From Atopobiaceae bacterium (GTDB taxonomy: Bacteria > Actinomycetota > Coriobacteriia > Coriobacteriales > Atopobiaceae), in NCBI GenBank assembly GCA_022655215.1, contig JALCUE010000002.1, positions 424,386-488,385 on the forward strand: a stretch of 64,000 bases of DNA. Reading direction: 5' to 3'. This document shows, piece by piece, positions 1 to 9,326 of the stretch. The position numbers and the translations under genes were made by a program. The notes under the pieces are model-generated. The model worked only from the letters and a program-made list of their open reading frames with translations, was not told the DNA's origin and searched no databases. Position 1 is the first letter of the stretch. Each line of letters opens with the position of its first letter.

Positions 1-2692
1 GGACCTCGACCTCATCGAGAGCCGCATGCCGGCCCCCACGCTCGACCGCTACCTTCCGCTGCTCTATGGGGACAGCGCCTCGCCGCTCGAGCACATGAGC
101 GCGGACGCGTTCGTCTCGCTTGCCGAGCCGCGCGCCCTGTTCGACGACTGCCAGCGTGCCTATGACGAGGTCTCGGCCATGGCGGGCAGCGCCCGCATCT
201 CCCTCGACGGTCTCTGCACCATGCCCCGTGACCTCGACTTCGGCAGCCAGCAGCGTCTCAGCTTCGCCTCCATCATGCGCGCGGGCGGCTCCGTCACCGC
301 CGAGCTCGCCGTGCGCCAGCCCGCCATCGCCGGCTCCGACTCCAAGCTCCTGGGCCGCGTGCGCCAGCTTCTCGCAGACGACTGCGCCGTGGCGTTCGCC
401 GTGCCCGACCGTCAGGCCCGCTCCGCGCTCGAGCTCACCTTCAACGACGAGCGCATCCCGTTCGTGGAGTCGCTCGCGAGCGCCGCCGAGAACCGCGTCC
501 CCGTCCTCGACGCCTCCGCCGCGGACCATGCCGAGCCCCTCGACCGCGGTCGCGTGACCTTCTTCGACGCGCCGGTCCCCGCCGGGGTGGTGGTCCCCTC
601 GGCTCACATGGCGGTCCTCTCCGTCTCCGACCTCACAGCCCGCATGGCCACACATCGCAAGGTGCGTCGCGTCGATCCCACGGCCGTGACCTTCCCCTTC
701 AAGCCCGGCGACTACGTGGTCCACGCCACGCACGGCATCGCCCTCTTCGCCGACATCGTCCGCCAGGAGGTGGGCGGCCGCGAGCGCGACTACTTCCTGT
801 TGGAGTACGCCGCCGGCGACAAGCTCTTCGTCCCTCTCGAGCAGGTCGATCGCATCACCCGCTTCGTCGGGCCCGACGGGGGCACGCCCCGCCTCACGCG
901 TCTCAACACGGCCGACTGGTCGCGCGCCACGGGCAAGGCCCGCAAGAACGCCAAGCGCCTCGCCTTCGACCTCGTGGACCTCTACACCCGTCGCGCCAGC
1001 GTGGCAGGCCACGCCTTCTCGCCGGACACGCCCGAGCAGGCCGAGATGGAGTCGAGCTTCCCCTACGAGCTCACGGGCGACCAGGTCAGCGCCATCGCCG
1101 ACATCAAGGCGGACATGGAGACGGCCAAGCCCATGGACCGCCTGCTCTGCGGTGACGTCGGGTTCGGCAAGACCGAGGTGGCCCTGCGTGCCGCCTTCAA
1201 GTGCTGCGCCGACGGCAAGCAGGTCATGGTCCTGTGTCCCACCACCATCCTCGCCCAGCAGCACTACGAGACGTTCTTCTCGCGCTTCGCCTCCTTCGAC
1301 GTCCGCGTCGACGTCCTCTCCCGCTTCCGAACCACCGCCCAGCAGCGCAAGAGCCTCGAGGGCTTCGCCGATGGCAAGGTGGACGTGCTCATAGGAACGC
1401 ACAGGCTCCTCTCGTCCGACGTGAACCCGCATGACCTCGGTCTCGTCATCATCGACGAGGAGCAGCGCTTCGGCGTGCAGCACAAGGAGCAGCTCAAGAA
1501 CATGCGCGAGCAGGTCGACGTCCTGACCCTCTCGGCCACGCCCATCCCGCGCACCATGCAGATGGCGCTGTCGGGCGTGCGCGACATGAGCCTCATCATG
1601 ACGCCGCCCCCCGGACGTCTTCCCGTGAAGGTCGTGGTGGGGGAGTATGACCCCGACGTCGTCTCAGCGGCCATCCGCGAGGAGCTGGCCCGCCGCGGGC
1701 AGGTCTACTACGTGAGCAACCGCGTCACCACCATCGACGATGCCGTCGACCGCGTGACGCAGGTGGCGCCCGAGGCTCGCGTAGGCGTGGCGCATGGCAA
1801 GATGAGCGCCAAGCAGGTCGAGGACGTCATGATGCGGTTCGAGGAGCATGAGATCGACGTGCTCGTGGCCACCACCATCATCGAGAGCGGCATCGACAAC
1901 CCCCACACCAACACGCTCATTATCGAGGACTCGCAGCGGCTGGGACTGGCGCAGCTCTACCAGCTCAAGGGTCGCGTGGGCCGTGGTCGCGTCCAGGCCT
2001 ACGCCTACTTCATGTTCCCCGGCGAGCTCCCGCTCACCCCCGAGGCGACCGACCGGCTCACGGCCATCAACGAGTACCAGGAGCTGGGTAGTGGCATGCG
2101 CGTGGCCATGCGCGACCTCGAGATCCGCGGGGCCGGTTCGCTCATGGGCGCCGAGCAGCATGGCAACCTCTCGAGCGTGGGCTTCGACCTCTTCTGCCAG
2201 ATGCTGTCCGAGGCCGTCTCCGAGGCGCGGGGGGAGACGGGCGAGGTGGAGGCCGCGGAGGTCACCATCAACCTGCCCGCCGACTTCTTCTTCGCCGACG
2301 AGTACCTGCGCGACGTGGACAAGCGCGTGCTCGCGTACCGCAGGCTCGCCGCCGCGACCGAACTCGGCGACGTCGACGCCCTCGAGCACGACTGCGAGGA
2401 GGATTTCGGCTCCATGCCCGCCGCGGCCAAGAACCTCCTCGACCGTGCGCGCATCCGCATCCGCGCCCAGCGGCTCGGGGTCACGAGCGTCGCCCTCACG
2501 CAGGGCCGCATCGTGTACCAGGGCATCAAGGTGAGCCGCGAGACCTCGCTCAAGATGAAGGAGCGCGGCGCCATCGTCTACCCGAAGAGCCTGAAGCTCG
2601 CCTACCCGTTCCGCAAGGGCGACGAGGACCTGCTTCCCGCGGCACTCGGTGTGCTCGAGGAGGTCGGCGGGGACGACGAGGGCGACGAATAG
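1..2692 (+). CDS. mfd: Transcription-repair coupling factor Mfd (5' end lies upstream of the window)
   Basis: The frame of ORF 26..2692 stays open back to nt 2, so the gene is truncated by the window edge. It has a CarD-like segment (DYVVHATHGIALF), SF2 helicase motifs GDVGFGKTEVALRAAF, DEEQRFGV and SATPIPRT, and a TRCF C-terminal domain. Confidence 0.95.
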   Translation, partial: DLDLIESRMPAPTLDRYLPLLYGDSASPLEHMSADAFVSLAEPRALFDDCQRAYDEVSAMAGSARISLDGLCTMPRDLDFGSQQRLSFASIMRAGGSVTAELAVRQPAIAGSDSKLLGRVRQLLADDCAVAFAVPDRQARSALELTFNDERIPFVESLASAAENRVPVLDASAADHAEPLDRGRVTFFDAPVPAGVVVPSAHMAVLSVSDLTARMATHRKVRRVDPTAVTFPFKPGDYVVHATHGIALFADIVRQEVGGRERDYFLLEYAAGDKLFVPLEQVDRITRFVGPDGGTPRLTRLNTADWSRATGKARKNAKRLAFDLVDLYTRRASVAGHAFSPDTPEQAEMESSFPYELTGDQVSAIADIKADMETAKPMDRLLCGDVGFGKTEVALRAAFKCCADGKQVMVLCPTTILAQQHYETFFSRFASFDVRVDVLSRFRTTAQQRKSLEGFADGKVDVLIGTHRLLSSDVNPHDLGLVIIDEEQRFGVQHKEQLKNMREQVDVLTLSATPIPRTMQMALSGVRDMSLIMTPPPGRLPVKVVVGEYDPDVVSAAIREELARRGQVYYVSNRVTTIDDAVDRVTQVAPEARVGVAHGKMSAKQVEDVMMRFEEHEIDVLVATTIIESGIDNPHTNTLIIEDSQRLGLAQLYQLKGRVGRGRVQAYAYFMFPGELPLTPEATDRLTAINEYQELGSGMRVAMRDLEIRGAGSLMGAEQHGNLSSVGFDLFCQMLSEAVSEARGETGEVEAAEVTINLPADFFFADEYLRDVDKRVLAYRRLAAATELGDVDALEHDCEEDFGSMPAAAKNLLDRARIRIRAQRLGVTSVALTQGRIVYQGIKVSRETSLKMKERGAIVYPKSLKLAYPFRKGDEDLLPAALGVLEEVGGDDEGDE

Positions 2693-2720
2693 GCGACGAA
2701 CAGGCGACGAACAGCACGAG

Positions 2721-2780
2721 AGGTGCAAAAGAAGATGGATGGGGCCCATTTCGAGGCCCCATCCATCTTCTTTTGCACCT
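2721..2780 (+). terminator. Long perfect stem-loop after mfd (probable intrinsic terminator, I-shaped type)
   Basis: There are 26 perfectly paired bases, 2721-2746 (AGGTGCAAAAGAAGATGGATGGGGCC) with 2755-2780, and an 8-nt loop. It starts 29 nt after the mfd stop. The T-run lies inside the stem, not after it. Confidence 0.6.
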
Positions 2781-2944
2781 CTCACGGAGTCGAGCGGCCT
2801 CTCCGCCCGGTCCGGTCGGCCTTCTCGTGCATACGAGCCCCTTCGTTCGTGCGCGGCATGGTCACGCTGGAGCCGAATGATGTCCATCTAGGTGTCGCCC
2901 CTGTTATCATGTGCGGAAAGTGGCAACGCTCTCGAGAGGGGACC

Positions 2945-3961
2945 ATGATGGAGACGACCGTCGACGGCATCGATCGCAGCGAGGTCCCCCACCTGCGCTG
3001 GGGAGTGCTCGGGTGTGGGGTCATCGCGAACCAGATGGCGGAGGCGCTCGCCGCCGAGGGCCGTACGCTCGCGGGTGTCGCCAATCGCACGCACGAGAAG
3101 GCCGTCTCGTTCGCGGACAGGTACGGCATCCCCAAGGTCTACGACCGGATCGACGACCTCTTCGCCGATCCCGACATCGACGCCGTCTACATCACCACGC
3201 CCCACAACACCCACATCACCTACCTGCGCGCGGCCCTCTCCGCAGGCAAGCACGTCATGTGCGAGAAGTCCATCACGCTAAACTCGGCCGAGCTCGCCGA
3301 GGCGGAGGCGCTTGCCGAGTCAAACCGCGTCGTCCTCATGGACGCCTGCACTGTCCTGCACATGCCGCTCTACAAGGAGCTCTCGCGTCGCGTGGCCGCA
3401 GACGAGTTCGGCCGGGTCAACCTGGTGCAGGAGAACTTCGGCTCCTACAAGGCCTATGACATGTCGAACCGCTTCTTCAATCCGGACCTCGCCGGCGGCG
3501 CCATGCTCGACATCGGCATCTACTCCATCACGCTCGCCCGCCTCTTCCTGGCGAGCGAGCCCGACGAGATCGTCTCGCTCGCCAACATGGCGCCCACGGG
3601 CGTGGACGAGTCGAGCGGCATCGTCATGCGCAACGATGAGGGCCAGCTCGTGGTCCTCTCCCTCACGCTCCACTCCAAGCAGCCCAAACGCGCCATGGTG
3701 AGTGCCGACAAGGCCTACATCGAGATCATGGAGTATCCCCGTGCCGACTCGGCCGACATCGTCTGGACCGAGACGGGCGAGCGCGAGCACGTGCACGCCG
3801 GTGACACGTCGCTCGCGCTGAACTACGTGCTGGCCGACCTCGAAGCCGCCGTCGCCGGGCACAAGCCCGAGGTCGACAACCTTGCCGTCTCCAGTGATGT
3901 GATGTCGATCATGACGCGCCTCCGCTCCGACTGGGGCGTCGTCTATCCGGAGGAGCGATAG
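2945..3961 (+). CDS. Gfo/Idh/MocA family NAD(P)-dependent oxidoreductase
   Basis: N-terminal Rossmann motif LRWGVLGCGVIANQ and the family motif CEKSITLN. I moved the start from the ORF-track 2723 to ATG 2945, which is preceded by GAGAGGGGA. The 2723 extension overlaps the terminator hairpin. Confidence 0.85.
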   Translation: MMETTVDGIDRSEVPHLRWGVLGCGVIANQMAEALAAEGRTLAGVANRTHEKAVSFADRYGIPKVYDRIDDLFADPDIDAVYITTPHNTHITYLRAALSAGKHVMCEKSITLNSAELAEAEALAESNRVVLMDACTVLHMPLYKELSRRVAADEFGRVNLVQENFGSYKAYDMSNRFFNPDLAGGAMLDIGIYSITLARLFLASEPDEIVSLANMAPTGVDESSGIVMRNDEGQLVVLSLTLHSKQPKRAMVSADKAYIEIMEYPRADSADIVWTETGEREHVHAGDTSLALNYVLADLEAAVAGHKPEVDNLAVSSDVMSIMTRLRSDWGVVYPEER

Positions 3962-3963
3962 GG

Positions 3964-6072
3964 ATGGCGTTCGTCTCTCTGACACCTGGCAGGATGGGGA
4001 TTCCCGACGAGGACGGCGAGGGAGGCCCCGTCGTCTCCCCGGATGTGGACGAGAATTGGGTCTCGGTGCCCGTCTCTCGATTCATGCGCGGCGCCGTGCG
4101 TGTCGAGCGTCTCGCCGACGGCCTCGTGCAGCCGCGGCGCTTCTCGGCTAGGCAGATGGAGGTCCTTGCCGCGGCCGGACGCACCAAGAGGGCGGTCGCC
4201 ACGTCCGGCGTCGTCATCGACTTCATGACCGAGGGTGACGAGTTCTCCTTCGACGTCGAGATCACGCGTCCGCTTGACGTCACGCATCCCAACTACCGTG
4301 CCGTCATGGAGAGCGCCGGCTCGATCGGCGAGGCCGATGACGGCATCGTCGACGGGATGGACATCGCCATCGACGGTCACATCTTCACGGAGCCGGTCCG
4401 CTCGGGCCGCGCCGAGTTCTCCTTCGACAATCCCGAGCACAGCAGCGTCGAGGTCAAGGTCTACCTTCCCTGCATCATGTCGGTGGCCGTGGGGAACCTC
4501 GCCGCGAACGGGCCCATCACGCCGGCGCCGCAACGCGGCTACCTCCTCGCGCTGGGCGACTCCATCATGCAGGGGTTCATCGTGGGCTGCCCGTCGCAGA
4601 GCTACCCGGCCCGCGTGGCGTCGTCGCTCGGACTCGACCTCGTGAACCAGGCCGTCGCCGGCTACGTGTTCGACGAGGACACCCTCTCCGGAATGTTCCG
4701 CCTCCGCAAGCGCCAACCGTCCATCGTGCTCGTGGGATATGGCACGAACGACTGGGCCAGCAAGGCGTCGGCGAAGGAGATCAAGCGTGACGCGACGGCC
4801 TATCTCGATCGTCTCGAGAGGCTCTTCCCGGGCGTGCCCAAGTTCGTGGTCACGCCCCTCTGGAGGACCGACCATGCCGACAAGGTCCCCAGCGGCAAGA
4901 AGCTCGCCTGGATGGGGAAGATGCTCACGCGTGCGTGCGAGGGTCGCGACGACTTCCACGTCGTGGACGGATGGGCCGCGATGCCGCACTCCGACGCCTT
5001 CCTCGCGGATCGTCACGTGCACCCCGCCTCGACCGGCGCGGAGATCATCTCCGATGCGGTGCTCGACGCGATAGGCGACGTCTCCATGCATGTCACCACC
5101 GCGCATGGCACGGTGCGTCCGGTCGAGACGGTCGCCGACCCCGTGGCCACCGCCGATGCCCAGACCCTCAAGCGGGAAGGCGCCCCGGGGACGCATCCCG
5201 GCTTCGACGCCGTGGTGCGTACCATCTGGCGCCTCCGCCAGCCTGACGGTTGCCCGTGGGACAAGGTCCAGACGCATGCCTCCATCTCGAAGAACATGAT
5301 CGAGGAGGCCTACGAGGCGGTCGATGCCATCGAGCAGGGCGATGACGCCCATCTCGCCGAGGAGCTCGGCGACGTGCTCATGCAGGTGCTTCTCCACGCC
5401 CAGATAGCGGCCGACGAGGGTTCCTTCGGTATAGACGAGGTCATCTCCGGGCTGGACGAGAAGCTCGTCCGCCGTCATCCCCATGTGTTCGGCGATCACG
5501 CACAGGCCTCCTCGGCCGACGAGGTGCTCGGCATATGGAGCGACGTGAAGCTCGCCGAACGTGCGCAGGAGGCCTCGGCCGCCCAAGCGGGTGCCGCCGC
5601 CCAAGCGGGTGCCGCCGCCCAGCCAGGCTCCGCCGCCCAGCCGGGTTCCGCCGCCCAGACGCCGGCGGGTCTTCTCGACTCCGTGCCCAGGGCCCTGCCC
5701 TCCCTCATGCAGTGCCAGAAGATATCGAAGAAGGCCGCCGCCTGCGGGTTCGAGTGGGAGACCACGGCCGACGTCTGGGACAAGGTGGCGGAGGAGCGCG
5801 CCGAGTTCGAGGCCGAGGACCCTGGAAGCGACAAGGCCGTCATGGAATTCGGTGACGTGCTGTTCGCGCTCGTCAACGTCGCTCGCAAGGAAGGCATCGA
5901 CGCGGAAGGTGCCCTCCGTGCGAGCTGCGACAAGTTCCGTCGCCGCTGGGCCGCGATGGAGAGGTCCGCCGCGGAGGACGGACATGATGTGGCGGACCTG
6001 TCCCATGACGAACTGGAGGAACTCTGGCGTCGGGCGAAGGCCGACGAGGACGAGGGTCATAATCTGGTATAA
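3964..6072 (+). CDS. mazG: Fusion protein: N-terminal beta-rich domain plus SGNH/GDSL hydrolase, fused to a tandem-domain MazG nucleoside triphosphate pyrophosphohydrolase
   Basis: One uninterrupted 702-aa ORF. SGNH blocks are LALGDSIMQGF, GYGTNDW and DRHVHP. MazG domain 1 reads CPWDKVQTHASISKNMIEEAYEAVDAI..ELGDVLMQVLLHAQIA..RRHPHVFG. MazG domain 2 reads KKAAACGFEWET..EFGDVLFALVNVAR. The mfd-mazG neighbourhood is typical of Gram-positives. Confidence 0.85.
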   Translation: MAFVSLTPGRMGIPDEDGEGGPVVSPDVDENWVSVPVSRFMRGAVRVERLADGLVQPRRFSARQMEVLAAAGRTKRAVATSGVVIDFMTEGDEFSFDVEITRPLDVTHPNYRAVMESAGSIGEADDGIVDGMDIAIDGHIFTEPVRSGRAEFSFDNPEHSSVEVKVYLPCIMSVAVGNLAANGPITPAPQRGYLLALGDSIMQGFIVGCPSQSYPARVASSLGLDLVNQAVAGYVFDEDTLSGMFRLRKRQPSIVLVGYGTNDWASKASAKEIKRDATAYLDRLERLFPGVPKFVVTPLWRTDHADKVPSGKKLAWMGKMLTRACEGRDDFHVVDGWAAMPHSDAFLADRHVHPASTGAEIISDAVLDAIGDVSMHVTTAHGTVRPVETVADPVATADAQTLKREGAPGTHPGFDAVVRTIWRLRQPDGCPWDKVQTHASISKNMIEEAYEAVDAIEQGDDAHLAEELGDVLMQVLLHAQIAADEGSFGIDEVISGLDEKLVRRHPHVFGDHAQASSADEVLGIWSDVKLAERAQEASAAQAGAAAQAGAAAQPGSAAQPGSAAQTPAGLLDSVPRALPSLMQCQKISKKAAACGFEWETTADVWDKVAEERAEFEAEDPGSDKAVMEFGDVLFALVNVARKEGIDAEGALRASCDKFRRRWAAMERSAAEDGHDVADLSHDELEELWRRAKADEDEGHNLV
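5578..5657 (+). repeat. Imperfect in-frame tandem repeat (15-18 nt units, about 4.5 copies) encoding the AAQAG/AAQPGS linker between the two MazG domains
   Basis: gccgcccaagcgggt is repeated directly, followed by gccgcccagcc(a/g)gg(c/t)tcc variants. The translation is AAQAGAAAQAGAAAQPGSAAQPGSAAQ. Confidence 0.9.
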
Positions 6073-6129
6073 CGTGTTCATCGAAGCAAGCGCGCCATCG
6101 CAGCATACACACGAGAAACGAACCCAGGC

Positions 6130-6864
6130 ATGAGCGCAGAGAACGACACCATCATCTTCCGGCCTAAGGCCCAGACACGCACATCGCGTGATGCTGGCGC
6201 TCGCCGCCAGACGACGGCCGCCTCGACCTCACGTGGCAAGGCATCCCGAGCCTCCTCTTCTCGCGACTCGTCATCCCGCGCCTCCTCGACTCGCGGCGCG
6301 TCCGCCAAGTCGCGTCCCTCCTCGTCCAGGAGGGCGTCGACCTCCGCCGAGGCACAGGCAGCGGAGCGAGCTGCCGCGGCTCGGTCAGGCGTCCGCGTCC
6401 GCCCCGCCGTCACGACCTTCTCGCGTGGCTCGTCCGACGAGGCCGAGAACGGCAGGTCCGAGACACGCAAGGCAAGACCTGCGATCGGGGATGGCCTGCG
6501 CAAGGCGCTCATCATCCTGGGCTGCGTCGCCGTGGTCGTGGTCATGCTCTACGGGCCGACCAGGAACTACTACGTCGCGAAGCGTGCCGAGCAGGACCTC
6601 TCGTCGCAGCTCGCCACCATCAACGCCAGCAACGACAGCCTCGACGCTGACGTGAGCTCGCTCCAGACCCGTGAGGGGATAGAGGACGAGGCGCGCCGTC
6701 GTGGCTACGTCACCGAGGGTGACACCGCGGTCGACATGTCCGGCGTGGACGACGGGACGGACTCCACGTCCGCCTCGGCATCGTCCTCCTCGTCCTCCTC
6801 GGCCGATGTCCCCTGGTACACGTCCGTGCTCGACGTCATCTTCCAATACCAGTCGGAGTCATGA
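6130..6864 (+). CDS. Septum formation initiator family protein (FtsB/DivIC-like) with a long disordered Ser/Arg/Ala-rich N-terminus
   Basis: A single TM helix (ALIILGCVAVVVVMLYG) is followed by a coiled-coil segment (YYVAKRAEQDLSSQLATINASNDSLDADVSSLQTREGIEDEARRRGYV). Its position between mazG and ppx matches actinobacterial synteny. Confidence 0.75.
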   Translation: MSAENDTIIFRPKAQTRTSRDAGARRQTTAASTSRGKASRASSSRDSSSRASSTRGASAKSRPSSSRRASTSAEAQAAERAAAARSGVRVRPAVTTFSRGSSDEAENGRSETRKARPAIGDGLRKALIILGCVAVVVVMLYGPTRNYYVAKRAEQDLSSQLATINASNDSLDADVSSLQTREGIEDEARRRGYVTEGDTAVDMSGVDDGTDSTSASASSSSSSSADVPWYTSVLDVIFQYQSES

Positions 6865-6865
6865 C

Positions 6866-7855
6866 GTGAGGCGTCTCGCCTGCATCGACATCGGGACGGT
6901 CACGGCTCGCCTCGGCGTCGCCGAGTCCGAGGACGGGAAGGTCTCTCGCCTTGCCAAGACGTCGACGATCTGCGACCTCGGCGAGGGCGTGGCCGAGACG
7001 GGAATGCTGTCGGAGGCCGCGCAGGACAGGGTCGTCTCGTGCGTCGGCGGCTATCTCGACGCGGCTCGCTCGGCCGGTGCCGAGGCCTGCTGCTGCACTC
7101 TCACCAGCGCCGCCCGCGACGCCTCGAACTCGGACGACCTTCTCCGATCCCTTGGTTCCCTGGGGCTCACGCCTGAGGTGATACCAGGTGAGGTTGAGGG
7201 TTCCCTGACGTTTCTGGGTGTGGCGCAGGACTTCCCCGACTCGCGCATCCTCGTGGCCGACAATGGGGGCGGCTCGACCGAACTCGCGCTCGGGACGCGC
7301 CACATTGCCGGTGGCACCTCGCTCGACCTCGAATGGGTGAGGTCGGTCGACGTGGGGTGTCGCCGCGTGACGGAGCTGTTCCTCTCGAAGTGCGACCCGC
7401 CGTCGGCGTCCGACGTGAGCCAGGCCCGCGACTACGCGCGTGACCTCCTCCACGACGCGCTCGAATCCGCCCCCGCGCCTAGGCCCGAGGGGCTCGTGGT
7501 CGTGGGCGGCACGGCGACCACGCTCGTCGCGATCGACGCGGCTCTCGACCCGTACGACCCCACCTACGTCCATCTCCATCGCCTCGACCGGACCACGGTG
7601 GAGCGACTCGTCAACGAGATGGGCGAGCTCACCCTCGAGGAGAGGGGATGCCTCGTGGGCCTGCAGCCCAAGCGGGCTCCGGTCATCCTGGCCGGCTCGA
7701 TCATCATCTCCGAGCTCATGGGGGTCACGGGCATGGACGAGCTGCGCGTCAGCGAGAGCGACCTGCTCATGGGGCTCGCCATCGTGGGAGTGTCGGCGCT
7801 CGAAGGCACTCGGTCTCCCGTCGGCTGGCAGCCGACGCTCGCGACCCTCCGCTGA
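6866..7855 (+). CDS. ppx: Ppx/GppA family phosphatase (exopolyphosphatase-like)
   Basis: ASKHA-fold motifs ACIDIGTVTARLGV and VADNGGGSTEL. The start is taken at in-frame GTG 6866, 1 nt after the preceding stop. The ORF-track start at 6701 overlaps the upstream gene. Confidence 0.85.
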   Translation: MRRLACIDIGTVTARLGVAESEDGKVSRLAKTSTICDLGEGVAETGMLSEAAQDRVVSCVGGYLDAARSAGAEACCCTLTSAARDASNSDDLLRSLGSLGLTPEVIPGEVEGSLTFLGVAQDFPDSRILVADNGGGSTELALGTRHIAGGTSLDLEWVRSVDVGCRRVTELFLSKCDPPSASDVSQARDYARDLLHDALESAPAPRPEGLVVVGGTATTLVAIDAALDPYDPTYVHLHRLDRTTVERLVNEMGELTLEERGCLVGLQPKRAPVILAGSIIISELMGVTGMDELRVSESDLLMGLAIVGVSALEGTRSPVGWQPTLATLR

Positions 7856-7912
7856 CGCAGCCGGGGGTTGGGTGACGGCGTCCTGTTGCGCTAAGGTTGC
7901 CCCGTGCCTCAT

Positions 7913-7997
7913 GGGGGCGTGGCGGAATTGGCAGACGCAGGGAACTTAAAATTCTTCGCCGAAAGGCTTGCGGGTTCGAGTCCCGCCGCCCCTACCA
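7913..7997 (+). tRNA. tRNA-Leu (anticodon UAA), CCA encoded
   Basis: Manual cloverleaf. Acceptor GGGGGCG/CGCCCCT, anticodon loop CTTAAAA, long variable arm, T-arm GCGGG-TTCGAGT-CCCGC, then discriminator A and CCA. Length 85 nt. Confidence 0.9.
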
Positions 7998-8005
7998 ACA
8001 TGCTC

Positions 8006-8037
8006 GCACCCGCCCCGTGATGGGTGGGTGCTTCTCT
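8006..8037 (+). terminator. Stem-loop with a T-rich tail after tRNA-Leu
   Basis: GCACCCGCCC pairs with GGGTGGGTGC (one G-U pair) and is followed by TTCTCT. Confidence 0.4.
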
Positions 8038-8071
8038 CCCGACACCGTCCACCTGTGCGAACGCCTCATTT

Positions 8072-8222
8072 TGCGTTCCGTCTTCGGTTTTGCGCGGGAT
8101 TCGTCGCCGCGTGCGTGAGATCGCCTCGACGGCGGGCGAGGGGGAGTGCGAAGCTCGAGGTCACTGAGGCGCCTCTCCGCGACCGTCCCAACCTGACATC
8201 GCAAAACCGAAGACGGATCGCA
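8072..8222. repeat. 151-bp unit bounded by 23-nt inverted repeats (22/23 match)
   Basis: 8072-8094 is TGCGTTCCGTCTTCGGTTTTGCG. The reverse complement of 8200-8222 is TGCGATCCGTCTTCGGTTTTGCG. The 105 nt in between have no credible ORF. Confidence 0.8.
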
Positions 8223-8257
8223 TCCGAGGGACGATCGACTTGCGTGAGACCGCGCGG

Positions 8258-8292
8258 CAGCCTTCCGTTGGGCGCGACAGCCTTCCGATGGG
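8258..8292. repeat. Direct repeat CAGCCTTCCG(T/A)TGGG, two copies with 20-bp period
   Basis: Copies at 8258-8272 and 8278-8292 are identical at 14 of 15 positions. Both lie in the non-coding gap between tRNA-Leu and the GntR gene. Confidence 0.8.
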
Positions 8293-8474
8293 GCAGGCAA
8301 ATCCCTCCTTCGTGTCGACGAAGGGGCGTGCTCGTGCCATGGTCCGCACGGTTGCCCTATAGTAGGCGTGGACTTGTTCAAAACTTGTACATGAGCCCGT
8401 GACGCCGACCGAGGTCTGTCACGGGAGCCGCAGGTACGAGACCTGCCGACCGCTTGACCGGAAGAGGATCATCA

Positions 8475-9287
8475 ATGGACCTCAGCATCGCCCATGCGCC
8501 ATCGCCCGAGAACGCGTCGATGGGCTCCGCAGATGGGGGGTCTGCGAGCTCCCACCCGCTCACCAAGACCTCGTCCTCGCCCCTCCACGTCCAGCTCTCC
8601 GATCTCCTCCGCGAGAAGATCTACTCGCGTGAGTGGGGGTCGCGCAAGCAGATTCCGTCCGAGCATGAGCTCATGGACATGTTCGACCTCAGCCGCGGCA
8701 CGGTTCGTCGCGCGATAAAGTCGCTGGTGGATGAGGGTCTTCTCGTCCAGATGCATGGCAGGGGCACCTTCGTGGCCGAGCCGGGGATCTCGCATCCCGT
8801 GGGCGTGCGTCCGCTCTCCTTCGCCGAGTCCCTCCACGAGCAGGGCAAGGACTTCAAGACGCGCGTGATCTACGAGTCGGTGATCCAGGCCCCCGACGAC
8901 GTCGCCCACGAGCTCGAGCTCGAGCCGGGCGCCCCCGTCCTCTTCCTCCGCCGTGTCCGGTCGGTCGAGGGCGAGCCCATCATGTGCCAGGAGGGCTGGT
9001 CGAACCTCCGCGAGTGCCCCGGCCTGGACAAGGTCGACTACACCCAGGAGTCGGCCTTCGACGCCGTCCAGAGGTGCTCGGGCCGCAAGATCAAGTACTC
9101 GCGGATCCGCTACACGGCTCGCGTCGCCGGCAAGGAGCACGGCATCTACCTCGCCTGCGAGGAGACCGCGCCCGTCCTCGTGCTTGAGCAGACCATCCGT
9201 CTCGCCGACGAGGTCCCCGTCGAGTGGAGCCTCACCTGGCTCAAGAGCGGCCAGGCGGTCGTGGGTACTGCCGTTCAACCCGACTGA
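8475..9287 (+). CDS. GntR family (HutC/FarR subfamily) transcriptional regulator
   Basis: Winged HTH (IPSEHELMDMFDLSRGTVRRAIKSLVDEGLL) plus a UTRA-type C-terminal effector domain. The start is taken at ATG 8475, preceded by GAAGAGGA. The N-terminal approximately 35 aa are low complexity, so the start is uncertain. Confidence 0.85.
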   Translation: MDLSIAHAPSPENASMGSADGGSASSHPLTKTSSSPLHVQLSDLLREKIYSREWGSRKQIPSEHELMDMFDLSRGTVRRAIKSLVDEGLLVQMHGRGTFVAEPGISHPVGVRPLSFAESLHEQGKDFKTRVIYESVIQAPDDVAHELELEPGAPVLFLRRVRSVEGEPIMCQEGWSNLRECPGLDKVDYTQESAFDAVQRCSGRKIKYSRIRYTARVAGKEHGIYLACEETAPVLVLEQTIRLADEVPVEWSLTWLKSGQAVVGTAVQPD

Positions 9288-9326
9288 GATACCGTCCATC
9301 GAGGGACGTGTCCCTGACTCGTCTAT

